A stretch of 64,000 nt of DNA from Spirochaetia bacterium (GTDB lineage Bacteria; Spirochaetota; Spirochaetia; SZUA-6; Bin103). The DNA is taken from contig OZ251573.1 of assembly GCA_965243545.1 (NCBI GenBank), forward strand, positions 1,970,681 to 2,034,680, read 5' to 3'. Positions 1-14,916 of this stretch are shown here, piece by piece. Both the position numbers and the translations under genes were made by a program. The stretch's first letter is position 1; the number at the start of each line of letters is the position of its first letter. Below the pieces are notes generated by a model, which was given only the letters and a program-made list of their open reading frames with translations, did not search any database and was not told the DNA's origin.

Positions 1-809
1 AGGAGGTGGCGGCGGCCGGCCGGCCGCCGCTCTGGTTTCAGCTCTACGTGCAACGGGACCGCGGCGTGGTGCGGGAGCTGGTGCAGCGCGCCAAGGCCGC
101 CGGGTACGCCGTGCTGATGCCGACCGTCGACGCCGCCGCCCTGGCGCGGCGGGAACGCGACGTGCGCCACGGCTTTACGCTGCCGCCGCAGTCGGACTGG
201 CGCACGCTGCTCGACGGCCTGCGGCGGCCGGGCTGGACCTGGGACTTCGTGCGCGCCGAACCGATCACCTTTGCCAACTTCCGCGGCGTGCCGGCGGCCG
301 GCGGGGTCGCGGGCGCCACTCCCGTGGCGCTGGCCGAGTACGTCAAGTCGCAATTCGATCCGTCCGTGACGTGGCGCGACCTGGAATGGCTGCGCAGTTT
401 GTGGGACGGCCCGCTGGCGGTCAAGGGGATCCAGTCGGCGGCCGACGCCAAGCTGGCCGCCGACCGCGGCTGCCAGGCGATCGTGCTGTCCAACCACGGC
501 GGGCGCCAGGTCGACGGCGCGCCGGCGGCCCCGGACCTGATCGGACCGGCGGTCGACGCCGCGGCCGGCCGCGCGGCGGTGATCTGCGACGGCGGCGTGC
601 GCCGCGGCAGCGACATCCTCAAGGCGCTCGCCCTGGGCGCCGACGCCTGCATGGCCGGCCGCTTCTACCTGTACGGCCTGGGCGCCGGCGGCGAGGCGGG
701 CGTCGACTACGCCATCGAGCTGCTGACCGATGAGCTGCGCAGGACGATGGCGCTGATCGGCTGCGCGTCGGTCGGCGGGATCGACCGCAGCTATCTCATG
801 CCCGGCTGA
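1..809 (+). CDS. FMN-dependent alpha-hydroxy acid dehydrogenase (L-lactate dehydrogenase / glycolate oxidase family), C-terminal ~265 aa; 5' end lies outside window
   Basis: ORF open to window start; SNHGGRQVDG and C-terminal FMN-binding DGGVRRGSDILKALALGA motifs typical of this family; stop TGA at 807-809. Confidence 0.8.
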   Translation, partial: EVAAAGRPPLWFQLYVQRDRGVVRELVQRAKAAGYAVLMPTVDAAALARRERDVRHGFTLPPQSDWRTLLDGLRRPGWTWDFVRAEPITFANFRGVPAAGGVAGATPVALAEYVKSQFDPSVTWRDLEWLRSLWDGPLAVKGIQSAADAKLAADRGCQAIVLSNHGGRQVDGAPAAPDLIGPAVDAAAGRAAVICDGGVRRGSDILKALALGADACMAGRFYLYGLGAGGEAGVDYAIELLTDELRRTMALIGCASVGGIDRSYLMPG

Positions 810-3138
810 GCGACGCCTCCAGATCGGTCACCAGCGTGTGCTCGGCCGCCGCCGCGCTGACCAGCAGCAGGCGGTACGCCGGCTTCCTGGTGCCCAGGAC
901 GAAGTCCTGCCCGCCCTGCTCCGCGTGCGGCCGCCAGCGCGGCGTGACCGTGAGCCGGCCGTGCGGGCCTTCGGTGCGCCAGCCGGAGCCGCTCCGCGTC
1001 CACGGATACCGGCTGTGCAGGTAGAAGCCGACCGGCAGCGGACGCTCAAGCCGCAGCCGGTCGGTCACCGTCAGGCGCGCCGGTTCGTCCGAATCCAACC
1101 GGCGTTCGGCATCGGTGACCGGATCGGGCCAGACGCCGCGCAGGTCGACCCGGCAGCGCAGGCGGCGCTCGTCCCCTTCTCCCTCCGGCGCGGTGGCGAC
1201 CGGGCACGGGTTGCGTTGCCGCAGCGGCGCGCCGCCGTCGGCGTGCGGGATCGCCAAGTTGTGGTACCGGGCGTGCTTGATGATGGCGGAGCGCGGATCG
1301 ACGTACGGCATCTGGCCGCGGTCGACCGCCAACTCGTCGCCGAACGCCTCCAGCACGAAGCTGCCGCGGTCGTCATGGCCGTGCCCGGCGCGCGCCGGGC
1401 CGCCGATCACCTGCACCCGCACCGGCCCGTCCGGAGTCGGCCGGTTGGAGCAGAGCAGTCCGGTCACCGTCAGGTTGCGGAACACCGGCGGCCGCGCGGA
1501 CGGCGGCGGCAACTCGTCCGGGCCGTACAGGATGTTGAGCTCGTGCTCCGGCGCGTAGTTGGCGCGCGGCGGCGCCTGATTGACGCCGGCCAGCAGCGCC
1601 GGCACCGCCGGATCGGCGGACAGCCGGCACAGCAAGCCCAGCGCCCCGGGCGTCACGCAGACGCCGGCGCGTCCGCCGTCGGAGTGCTTGATCACGGCGC
1701 CGACCGGCGCCTCGGTGCTCAGCATGGCGGTGAGGTAGTCGACGCACCGCACGGCGGCGCCGGGCACCACCTCCGCCAGCGGCGCGCCGCGGTGCCGGGC
1801 GTAGAGCGCGTAGCCGGCCAGCGCCTGCTGCAGGGCGCCGGTCGCGTAGCCGATCCCTTCGTACGTGCCGCCGTCGGCCGCGTAGTAGGCGCGCACGGTC
1901 TGGTCGAGCGCGGCGCGGAACGGCTCCAGAAAATCGCCCCCGTACGGCCAGTGCCGGGCCAGGGCGACGCTCACCACGATGCCGCCGAACGCAAAGAAGA
2001 TGCCCTGGTTGTTGCCGCGCACGTACGGATGGCGCATCAACGTCTGCTGTATCCACGGCATCGCCTTGATCGACACCGCCTGCGCCAACAGCTCGCGGCC
2101 GGCGTCGGTGAGCAGCGACCCCGCCCAGTCCCAGGCGAAGATGGAGTTGATCGCGTAGCGGTACTCGCTGAACGAGCGCGTCTCCCAGCTCGACCCCGGC
2201 ATGCCGCTCATGAAGCCGGTCGTCCAGACGTCGCAGTGGGCGGCGGCCAGGGCGTGATGGAGCGCGGTGCGCATCAGTTCCCGGTCGCCGTCCAGGAGTC
2301 CCACGAACGCGCAGGTGCGCATGGCCGCTATGTCGATCCAGTTGTGACGCTCGTTGAGCCCGTCGGTGCGGTGCCCGTTGCGCACCGGGTAGTTGTTGAC
2401 GGTGCGGCCGACGCCGCGCCACGGCCGGCTGCCGCGGTACGTGTCGGCCAGGGCGCGCAGGCGCCGGTAGACCGGCCCCCAGGTCGGTCCCCGCACGCGG
2501 GCGCGCAGCCGCTCCAGGTCGGCGGCGTCGAAGAACAGGCCGAGCCGAGGCTCGGCCGAAGGCGGCGCGGCGCCTTCGGGCAGCAGCAGATCGCCCCAGT
2601 CTTCCGGGTACGGCAGGGCGCGCGCGCGCCGCGCCGCGCGCGCCGCGCTGTCGGTCACGCCGAGCCAGAACAGGTCGGCCACGCCGGGCAGGTCCCCCGC
2701 ATCGGTCAGTTCGATTTCGATGCCGGAGATGCGCCGCCCGCCGATCGCGCCTTCCAGCTCCTGACCGGCGTCGTTGCCGGCGGCGCGGTCGACGATCACC
2801 CGCGGCGCGCCGTCGACGGTGGCGCGCACGGTGATCGCGGTCGACCGCATCGACTGCACGCAGAGCACCAGCAGGTCGTAGCCGGCGGCGTCGACGTCGA
2901 CCGCGCGCCGCATGGTCACCGCCAGCGGCCGGCCGCCGGGCCACCGGCATTGCACCGAGTGGAAGGTCTGTTCGACCGCGGCCGACTCGGCCCCGTCGAT
3001 CCGCCAGTCGCCAAGCGGATGGCGCAACGGGTCGAACATGCGCAGAAGGATCGCCTCCGCCTCGTTGTGGCGGATCGGATGCAGCCGATTCACGGCCGTG
3101 ATCAGCCGATCAGGCCGAGCGCCCGGTCGGGGGAGCAC
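796..3138 (-). CDS. heparinase II/III family protein (polysaccharide lyase-like)
   Basis: 780-aa ORF; C-terminal hallmark of Hepar_II_III domain (GHGHDDRGSFVLEAFGDELAVDRGQMPY...HNLAIPHADGGAPLRQ = HxHxDxgSFxl...DxG...Y...HNtv..dg..q); alternative start at internal Met (~3039) possible. Confidence 0.6.
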   Translation of the reverse strand: MLPRPGARPDRLITAVNRLHPIRHNEAEAILLRMFDPLRHPLGDWRIDGAESAAVEQTFHSVQCRWPGGRPLAVTMRRAVDVDAAGYDLLVLCVQSMRSTAITVRATVDGAPRVIVDRAAGNDAGQELEGAIGGRRISGIEIELTDAGDLPGVADLFWLGVTDSAARAARRARALPYPEDWGDLLLPEGAAPPSAEPRLGLFFDAADLERLRARVRGPTWGPVYRRLRALADTYRGSRPWRGVGRTVNNYPVRNGHRTDGLNERHNWIDIAAMRTCAFVGLLDGDRELMRTALHHALAAAHCDVWTTGFMSGMPGSSWETRSFSEYRYAINSIFAWDWAGSLLTDAGRELLAQAVSIKAMPWIQQTLMRHPYVRGNNQGIFFAFGGIVVSVALARHWPYGGDFLEPFRAALDQTVRAYYAADGGTYEGIGYATGALQQALAGYALYARHRGAPLAEVVPGAAVRCVDYLTAMLSTEAPVGAVIKHSDGGRAGVCVTPGALGLLCRLSADPAVPALLAGVNQAPPRANYAPEHELNILYGPDELPPPSARPPVFRNLTVTGLLCSNRPTPDGPVRVQVIGGPARAGHGHDDRGSFVLEAFGDELAVDRGQMPYVDPRSAIIKHARYHNLAIPHADGGAPLRQRNPCPVATAPEGEGDERRLRCRVDLRGVWPDPVTDAERRLDSDEPARLTVTDRLRLERPLPVGFYLHSRYPWTRSGSGWRTEGPHGRLTVTPRWRPHAEQGGQDFVLGTRKPAYRLLLVSAAAAEHTLVTDLEASLSRA

Positions 3139-3806
3139 TCGGCGAACGACTGCGGCGGGATGGCGCCGCGTTCGACGGCGCGCGCCCAGTGGCTGCGGAG
3201 CGCGCCGCCGGACTCCCGGTCGTCAGACGCGCCGCCGGGCGCCTCATCGCAAGACGCCGGGACCGACTCCAGCACGGAGCCGGCCCACTCGGCCGGCTCC
3301 GGGCGGTCGCAGGCGACTTCGAGCGCCGGCCGCCCCACGCAGCCGGTCGCGGCGTAGGCGTAGCAACGGCGAATGTTCCGCCGCCAGCTGGCCATCTGCA
3401 CGCGCTCGAACCGCGCCTCCGCGCCCACCCCGTCGGGCACCAGCAGCACCGTGATCGCGCGGTCCAGGATGGCGTCAAGCGTGGCGCCGGCGCCGGCCGG
3501 CGCCGGCACGTCCTTGTGGCCGGGCCATACGTCGAACATCGAGTACGAGGCGGCCGGCGTCCGCCGCTGGAACGTGTAGTAGTCGGGATACGCGAAGAAC
3601 TCCCCGCCGGCCGCGCGGTAGCGGTCATAGAACGCGGTGACGTGGGCCAGCAGCAGCAGGCACGCGCCCAGCCCGTCGATCCCGCCGGGCGCCAGCAGGC
3701 CGACCCGATCGGTGGAGCGCAGGCCGCCGAAGAACCGCGCGTGCTCGACCGCCGCGCCCCGGTGCGTCAGCTTGAAGTCCGACCCTCGCAGAAACGTGCT
3801 GTGCAT
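3102..3806 (-). CDS. hypothetical protein (234 aa), last small gene of the coupled operon
   Basis: protein-like composition (W,F,Y,K,D,E); ATG at 3806 lies 2 nt after the TAG stop of the upstream NTPase gene; no family confidently recognised. Confidence 0.45.
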   Translation of the reverse strand: MHSTFLRGSDFKLTHRGAAVEHARFFGGLRSTDRVGLLAPGGIDGLGACLLLLAHVTAFYDRYRAAGGEFFAYPDYYTFQRRTPAASYSMFDVWPGHKDVPAPAGAGATLDAILDRAITVLLVPDGVGAEARFERVQMASWRRNIRRCYAYAATGCVGRPALEVACDRPEPAEWAGSVLESVPASCDEAPGGASDDRESGGALRSHWARAVERGAIPPQSFAECSPDRALGLIG

Positions 3807-3808
3807 GA

Positions 3809-5269
3809 CTACCGCTCCCGAATCGGCCGCACGCCGCCGCGGCGGCCCAGTCCGTATCCTACCCGGAACACGTCCGGTATGTTAACGCGGCCGTCGCGCA
3901 GCCGCAAGAAGACGCCGAGCGCCTCCAGGTCGGTGCGCACGCCGTCCGGCCCCTGCTCGACGTGGCGCGGCGGCAGCTTCACTTCATCGTGGCCGGTTGC
4001 TGAGGTCAAGCGCTCCGGGACGCCCTCGCTACGCCAACGCTCCGCGATTTCCTCGAACGCGCAGGGTACGTACATGCCGGCGAGCGGCGTCATCGCCCGG
4101 TGTATCCAGGGAAAGTCCTCCCGAATCTCGCTGATGCGGATCTTCGTGGCGTCCCGGACACCGCGCTTGATGCTGTCGTGGTGCAAAGCGAACGGGTGCT
4201 CGGGATGCGCTGCGCCGGTGTCCTCCGCCGCCGTCCGCAACGCAGCCAGAAAGGACCGCGGGCTCACTCTGCCCTCGGTATCGGCAAGGTGGTTCGGTAT
4301 CCACGTGTACGGGAACCCTCGTTTGGGACCGAGGCCCATCCACTCGCCGGCGATGGCATGGAACTTGCCGCGCTGGTCATCCTCGTTGAAGAGGGTACGC
4401 CGAGCAGAGAACACGGATTGATCGCCAGCGCTGAGCACCGTCCAGTCGTGAGGGGTGAGGAAATTCCGAAAGCGATCCCCGTGGCGCCCATTGGCCAGAA
4501 GATGCCATAACAGCCCGTACAGCTCGCGGCGCGGCCACCTCAGTTCGATGGCCGAAGAAAGGACCTTGGAGGCGTCGGGGAAGTCGCCGATCCGGCTCTC
4601 CTCGACCTGGTCCGAGCGAAGGAAGACCTTGACGCGCAGGCGGCGGTGCGCGCGCATGTCGAGGGCGGTCTGCAGCAGACCGCGAATCGCGCGATCCATC
4701 TCCTTCCAGTCATCGGCGCAGCGATCAAGGGCGTCGAACAGCATCAGCAAGTAGGCGTCCCTGCGTTCGCATTCCTCATCTCTTTCGTGAAACAGCCGGT
4801 CGATCGCCTCCGGGTTGCCGTCGACGAACGCCACCCGCTCCGGCCAGGTCGTCCGCTTCCGCAGCGCGTGCTCATCGCCGGCGAGCTGCCACGCTTGCAC
4901 GGTACGCCAAATGGATCGAGGCTCGACGCGACTCACCATCAGCTTCCGCAATACGTCCTTGCTCGGATACCGGTCCGGCGCCGGCTCGACGCCGAAACCG
5001 GTCAGCACCTCCGTTGTTTCGCTCATCGGGAATCGAAACGCTTGCCCGCCGACCAAGGAGCGCACCGCCGGGTTCCGGAGCGCGTTGCACCAGAAGGTCT
5101 TGCCGGCGCCGCGCATGCCGGTCACCAGAAGAGTGTCGGGATGCAGCGCCTTCAGGTGCGCCGGCGGCGCGTAGACCTGCGCGAGCGCCGTAAGGCCGCC
5201 GTCACTGGCGCCGTCCGGCAACTCGGCGAGCGCCTCGCGCGCCGTCCTGACGTCGATCGTCGGTGTCAC
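3809..5269 (-). CDS. P-loop NTPase, AAA_16/STAND-like ATPase domain with unknown C-terminal ~300 aa
   Basis: Walker A GMRGAGKTF, Walker B-like LLMLFDALDRCADDW; likely GTG start at 5269 forming a GTGA overlap with the stop of the upstream gene (track ORF begins at 5314). Confidence 0.55.
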   Translation of the reverse strand: MTPTIDVRTAREALAELPDGASDGGLTALAQVYAPPAHLKALHPDTLLVTGMRGAGKTFWCNALRNPAVRSLVGGQAFRFPMSETTEVLTGFGVEPAPDRYPSKDVLRKLMVSRVEPRSIWRTVQAWQLAGDEHALRKRTTWPERVAFVDGNPEAIDRLFHERDEECERRDAYLLMLFDALDRCADDWKEMDRAIRGLLQTALDMRAHRRLRVKVFLRSDQVEESRIGDFPDASKVLSSAIELRWPRRELYGLLWHLLANGRHGDRFRNFLTPHDWTVLSAGDQSVFSARRTLFNEDDQRGKFHAIAGEWMGLGPKRGFPYTWIPNHLADTEGRVSPRSFLAALRTAAEDTGAAHPEHPFALHHDSIKRGVRDATKIRISEIREDFPWIHRAMTPLAGMYVPCAFEEIAERWRSEGVPERLTSATGHDEVKLPPRHVEQGPDGVRTDLEALGVFLRLRDGRVNIPDVFRVGYGLGRRGGVRPIRER

Positions 5270-6564
5270 GACTCGCCCTCGTCCCGGTTGCCGGCAAGAA
5301 GCCGGTCGAACCATTGCAAGAACGGCTGATAGGCTTGCCGGATCGTCGTTCGTTCGCGTTCAAGGTCGCGTAGCGAAGCGCCGGCCGCAAGCCCTCTGGT
5401 CCAGTGGATGGGAATCGGCTCGTGCGGCGCGCCATCCTCGTGGACGTCGAATGAATACCGATCGTGCGAGTCGCCGGAGGGAGCCACGTCGTCATACAGA
5501 TGATCCCGAAACAGGTTCCACGCCTGCTCTTGAAACCGCTGCAGGTACCTCTCGGTGTCGGTCTCCGGCGTCAGGGCGGAGACGAGGGACAAGCGCTCCC
5601 TGATGTTCGGCGCCAGATCATGGGTCTGCCAGTGGCGAAACAGCATGCCGTAGTCGGTCCAGTGGCTCGCCGAGTCGACCGCGAACAGCAGAACCTGCGC
5701 GCCGAGGTCGGTCACCGTCGCCGCCGCGATGTCGTGCAGGCCGCTCCGGCTCTCCAGCAGCACGACTGCAGGTTCGTAGGTCTCTTCCAGTTGCGACAAC
5801 AAGCGGTCAAGCCGGCCGGTCCAGGAAACGTCTGTGTCCAGGTAGACGCGACCCAACTTGGCCAGATATTCGCCCGAGTCCCGGCCGTGCGCCGGCACTA
5901 CGCGCACGTCGCCATCCAGGTCCTGCGCCCATGCGGGAGCAGCGACCAGTCGCTCGGCCACGTGGTCGCCTTGTCCGACCAGGTCCTCCACGAACCAGTC
6001 AGTGACGCCGAACTCCGGCTGCGCCGACGGATCGAGCATGGCGGACGACAGCCCCGGCGATTCCAGATCGAGATCGACCACCAGCACGCGCTCGCCGGCG
6101 CTGGCCAGGCGCCATGCCAGAATCGCCGCCGTGGTGCTGCGTCCGACGCCGCCTTTGACCGAATAGAGCGTATATCGCGCACCCTTCCGCTTCGGAGGCA
6201 GATCGGCGACCGTCCACCAGTCGCCGCCGGTCACCAGCCGATCGGCCCAGTACACGCCGGGACGGATCTCACGCGCATGCTTCCGAAAGTCAGCTAACAC
6301 TTCAGTATCAACAAACAACACTGCGTCGTGCGCGGGGCACCCGTGCGGACCGATCTCATCTTGTAGCTGCCGGGCAAGACTTTGCAGCGCCGTGAGACAT
6401 TTCTGGTCAGTCTCTGCACGCTCCGGAACGGACAGGCGAACTCTCCCGTGGAGGTCACGCACCAGCACGATTCGTCCAGCGTCGCGCAACGCTCCCGAGG
6501 CATCACTCAGTATCCGCGAAACGCGGTCTCCCATGTCGTCGAACGCTATGAACCTATCCGTCAA
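5266..6564 (-). CDS. ParA/MinD-superfamily ATPase-like protein with ~130-aa N-terminal extension and atypical Walker A (KGGVGRST)
   Basis: YSVKGGVGRSTTAAILAWRLASAGERVLVVDLDLESPG matches the deviant Walker A / MinD-ParA fold but with Arg where the P-loop Lys is expected; 11-nt overlap with upstream small gene. Confidence 0.6.
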   Translation of the reverse strand: MTDRFIAFDDMGDRVSRILSDASGALRDAGRIVLVRDLHGRVRLSVPERAETDQKCLTALQSLARQLQDEIGPHGCPAHDAVLFVDTEVLADFRKHAREIRPGVYWADRLVTGGDWWTVADLPPKRKGARYTLYSVKGGVGRSTTAAILAWRLASAGERVLVVDLDLESPGLSSAMLDPSAQPEFGVTDWFVEDLVGQGDHVAERLVAAPAWAQDLDGDVRVVPAHGRDSGEYLAKLGRVYLDTDVSWTGRLDRLLSQLEETYEPAVVLLESRSGLHDIAAATVTDLGAQVLLFAVDSASHWTDYGMLFRHWQTHDLAPNIRERLSLVSALTPETDTERYLQRFQEQAWNLFRDHLYDDVAPSGDSHDRYSFDVHEDGAPHEPIPIHWTRGLAAGASLRDLERERTTIRQAYQPFLQWFDRLLAGNRDEGES

Positions 6565-6997
6565 CTGCCTGGTCCTGCGGCGCCCGCGGCACCATCGCCT
6601 GTTGTACCATTACGCGCACGGCGCGGGCTGCCGAGCGATGCCGGCCTACGCGCGTTCTACTGAAGTGCCCGCGGTGCGCATATCGGTCCCCGGTCGACCA
6701 GCCGGCAAACGGCTCGCCTTTCGGCAGCATCTGCAGGTACTTGCCGGCTCCTCGGCCGTCTGCCAACGCGACGAACTCGGGCCAGAGCGCCGTTACGTGC
6801 TGCCGGTGTTCCCGTTGCGTTGGAACGCCTTGCCGTCCAACCGGCATCCCCAAGACGCGCATCACGGCCTTCAAGCCGCACTCGGCGCTCAGGCCGTACA
6901 GTTGGTCGGCGTTCGCCCAGCGCTGATGTTCGAACAGCAGTTCGGCGTCCTGCCAGTGGCGGAGGTGCGCGTCGCGGAAGTCTGCCGGGAAGGCCAT
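6554..6997 (-). CDS. small HEPN-like protein (147 aa), first gene of operon
   Basis: N-terminal helix pattern AHLRHWQDAELLFEHQRWANADQLYGLSAECGLKAVM resembles HEPN helix 1-2 (..A..LL......A.Y.aaE.alKA.L); R-x4-H element REHRQH; the overlapping + strand ORF 6392..7165 is Arg/Ser-rich junk. Confidence 0.45.
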   Translation of the reverse strand: MAFPADFRDAHLRHWQDAELLFEHQRWANADQLYGLSAECGLKAVMRVLGMPVGRQGVPTQREHRQHVTALWPEFVALADGRGAGKYLQMLPKGEPFAGWSTGDRYAHRGHFSRTRVGRHRSAARAVRVMVQQAMVPRAPQDQAVDG

Positions 6998-7134
6998 GTC
7001 GGTGCGGACCGAGTATCGCCGATCACCGGCGCCGACGCCAGCGGTCCCGCACCGGATCCGGCTCTCCGGAGCGCCGCCCGTTCACAGGCGGGCACCTCAC
7101 CGCTTACGCGGGCGGACGATGAGGTCGCCCCCCG

Positions 7135-8595
<1,461 letters not shown>

Positions 8596-8625
8596 CTATC
8601 AATCGCGCCGGCAGAAACGAGCGGG

Positions 8626-13272
<4,647 letters not shown>

Positions 13273-13442
13273 AATTCGACTGCGACGGGCGGCGCTACCA
13301 CCGGCGCGCAACACGCCGCCAAGCAACCGGCGGCGCTACGCGGGTCACGCCCGTCATGGTGCATGATAGCGCATAACGGCGGCCTACGGGAACCGGTCAC
13401 CGGCGCCGCTTGAAAAGCCACCCGCACTACGGAGGTCGATCC

Positions 13443-14894
13443 ATGCCGGCGCCCAGCCCTGATCTATCCTACACTCCCGCGCACGTGCTGCGCGACCTGA
13501 TCGCCGCCAAGCGGCTGTCGCCGGTCGAGCTGATGGAGTTCACGCTCGACCGCATCGAACGGCTCGACGGCCAGCTCGGCGCCTTCGTCACGGTCATGGC
13601 CGACCACGCCATGAGACAGGCCCGCGCCGCCGAGGAGGCGGTGATGCAGGGACGAGCGCTCGGCCCGCTGCACGGCATACCGGTCCCGATCAAGGACCTG
13701 GAAGGCGTGCGGGGCGTCCGGTTCTCGCAAGGATCGCTGGTCGACGACGGCGTCGCGCCGGCCAACGCCATGTGCACGGACCGCGTGCGCGCCGCCGGCG
13801 GCATCGTGGTCGGCAAGACCAACACCCCCGAGCACGGGCACAACGCCACCACCGAAAACCGGGTCATGGGGCCGGCGCGCAACCCCTGGGACCCGACGCG
13901 CACGCCCGGCGGGTCGAGCGGCGGCGCCGCTGTGGCGGTGGCGGCCGGCATGACCGCCATCGCCCAGGGGTCGGACGGCGGCGGATCGATCCGCATTCCC
14001 GGATCGCTGTCCGGCGTCTACGGGATCAAGGCGACGCAGGGCCGCGTGCCGCGCCGCCGCGTCGACGAGCACTCCGACAGCATCTTCAACAACTCCTCGG
14101 TCGGGCCGATGACCCGGGACGTCCGCGACGCCGCGATATTCCTCAACGCGCTGGCCGGACCGGCCGCCGACGCCGAGTACGGCACCCTGCCGGAGGCGCC
14201 GCCCGACTTCACCGCGGCGCTGACGCGCGGGGTCGCGGGACTGCGGGTCGGGCTCGACACCAGCGGCATGGGCGGCGCCGGCTGCGACGCGGAGGTGCGG
14301 GAGGCGGTGGCCGCCGCGGCGCGGGTCTTTGCGGACCTGGGAGCGGAGGTCGAGGAGGTCGAGTACGCCCCGGACGACCACCAGACGATCACCCGCACCT
14401 TTCTGGATCTGTTCTGCATCCGCGCCTATGGGCGCTGGAGCGGCCAGCTGCACGACCCGCAACGGGCGGCGCGGCTCACCGGCTACTTCACCGAGGATCT
14501 GGAGCGGGGCCGGCGCTCGCAGGGCGCGGACTACCTGGCCTGCATGAACCGGATCGGCCGGTACCGGACGCACGCGGCGCGCTACTTCGCCGGCCACGAT
14601 CTGCTGCTGACGCCGGCGACCGCCACGACCGCGTTCCCGATCGGCGAGTATCCGCAGGCGCCCGGCGGCGCGCCGGTCACCCACCGGCGCTTCGGCTTCA
14701 CCCCGTTCACGTACCTGTTCAACCTGTCCGGGAACCCGGCGGCGACCGTGCCGTGCGGCTTCGATGCGGCCGGCCTGCCGATCGGCCTGCAGATCGCCGG
14801 CAACCAGCGGGATGAGATGGCCGTGCTGGCCGCCTCCGCGGCGTTCGAGGCCGCCCGCCCGTGGGCCGCCAAGCGCCCGGCGCTGCCGGCCTGA
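13443..14894 (+). CDS. amidase (amidase-signature family, GatA-like)
   Basis: GGSSGGAAVAVAAG...GSDGGGSIRIP signature; ATG at 13443 preceded by GGAGG 8 nt upstream (track ORF starts at TTG 13410). Confidence 0.85.
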   Translation: MPAPSPDLSYTPAHVLRDLIAAKRLSPVELMEFTLDRIERLDGQLGAFVTVMADHAMRQARAAEEAVMQGRALGPLHGIPVPIKDLEGVRGVRFSQGSLVDDGVAPANAMCTDRVRAAGGIVVGKTNTPEHGHNATTENRVMGPARNPWDPTRTPGGSSGGAAVAVAAGMTAIAQGSDGGGSIRIPGSLSGVYGIKATQGRVPRRRVDEHSDSIFNNSSVGPMTRDVRDAAIFLNALAGPAADAEYGTLPEAPPDFTAALTRGVAGLRVGLDTSGMGGAGCDAEVREAVAAAARVFADLGAEVEEVEYAPDDHQTITRTFLDLFCIRAYGRWSGQLHDPQRAARLTGYFTEDLERGRRSQGADYLACMNRIGRYRTHAARYFAGHDLLLTPATATTAFPIGEYPQAPGGAPVTHRRFGFTPFTYLFNLSGNPAATVPCGFDAAGLPIGLQIAGNQRDEMAVLAASAAFEAARPWAAKRPALPA

Positions 14895-14916
14895 CGCGGG
14901 CCAGGCGCCGGGTGCG

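Noticed and set aside
838-3357. 839-aa + strand ORF antisense to the heparinase-like gene
   Set aside because: Extremely Arg/Ala/Gly/Pro-rich with no recognisable domain. Typical spurious antisense ORF in a 72% GC genome. The opposite-strand gene has a clear family hallmark.
3102-3806. Possible class II glutamine amidotransferase assignment for the 234-aa protein
   Set aside because: There is a weak LTHRG-like resemblance, but the obligatory N-terminal Cys nucleophile is absent. Left as hypothetical.
3189-4421. 410-aa + strand ORF across the 234-aa gene and NTPase gene
   Set aside because: Arg/Pro-rich low-complexity composition. The minus-strand genes have coherent domain motifs and coupling.
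6998-7134. Possible terminator hairpin or promoter between gltD and the operon start
   Set aside because: Only a 5-bp stem (gcccg/cgggc) with an 8-nt loop and no T-tract, and no convincing -35/-10 pair. Too weak to call.
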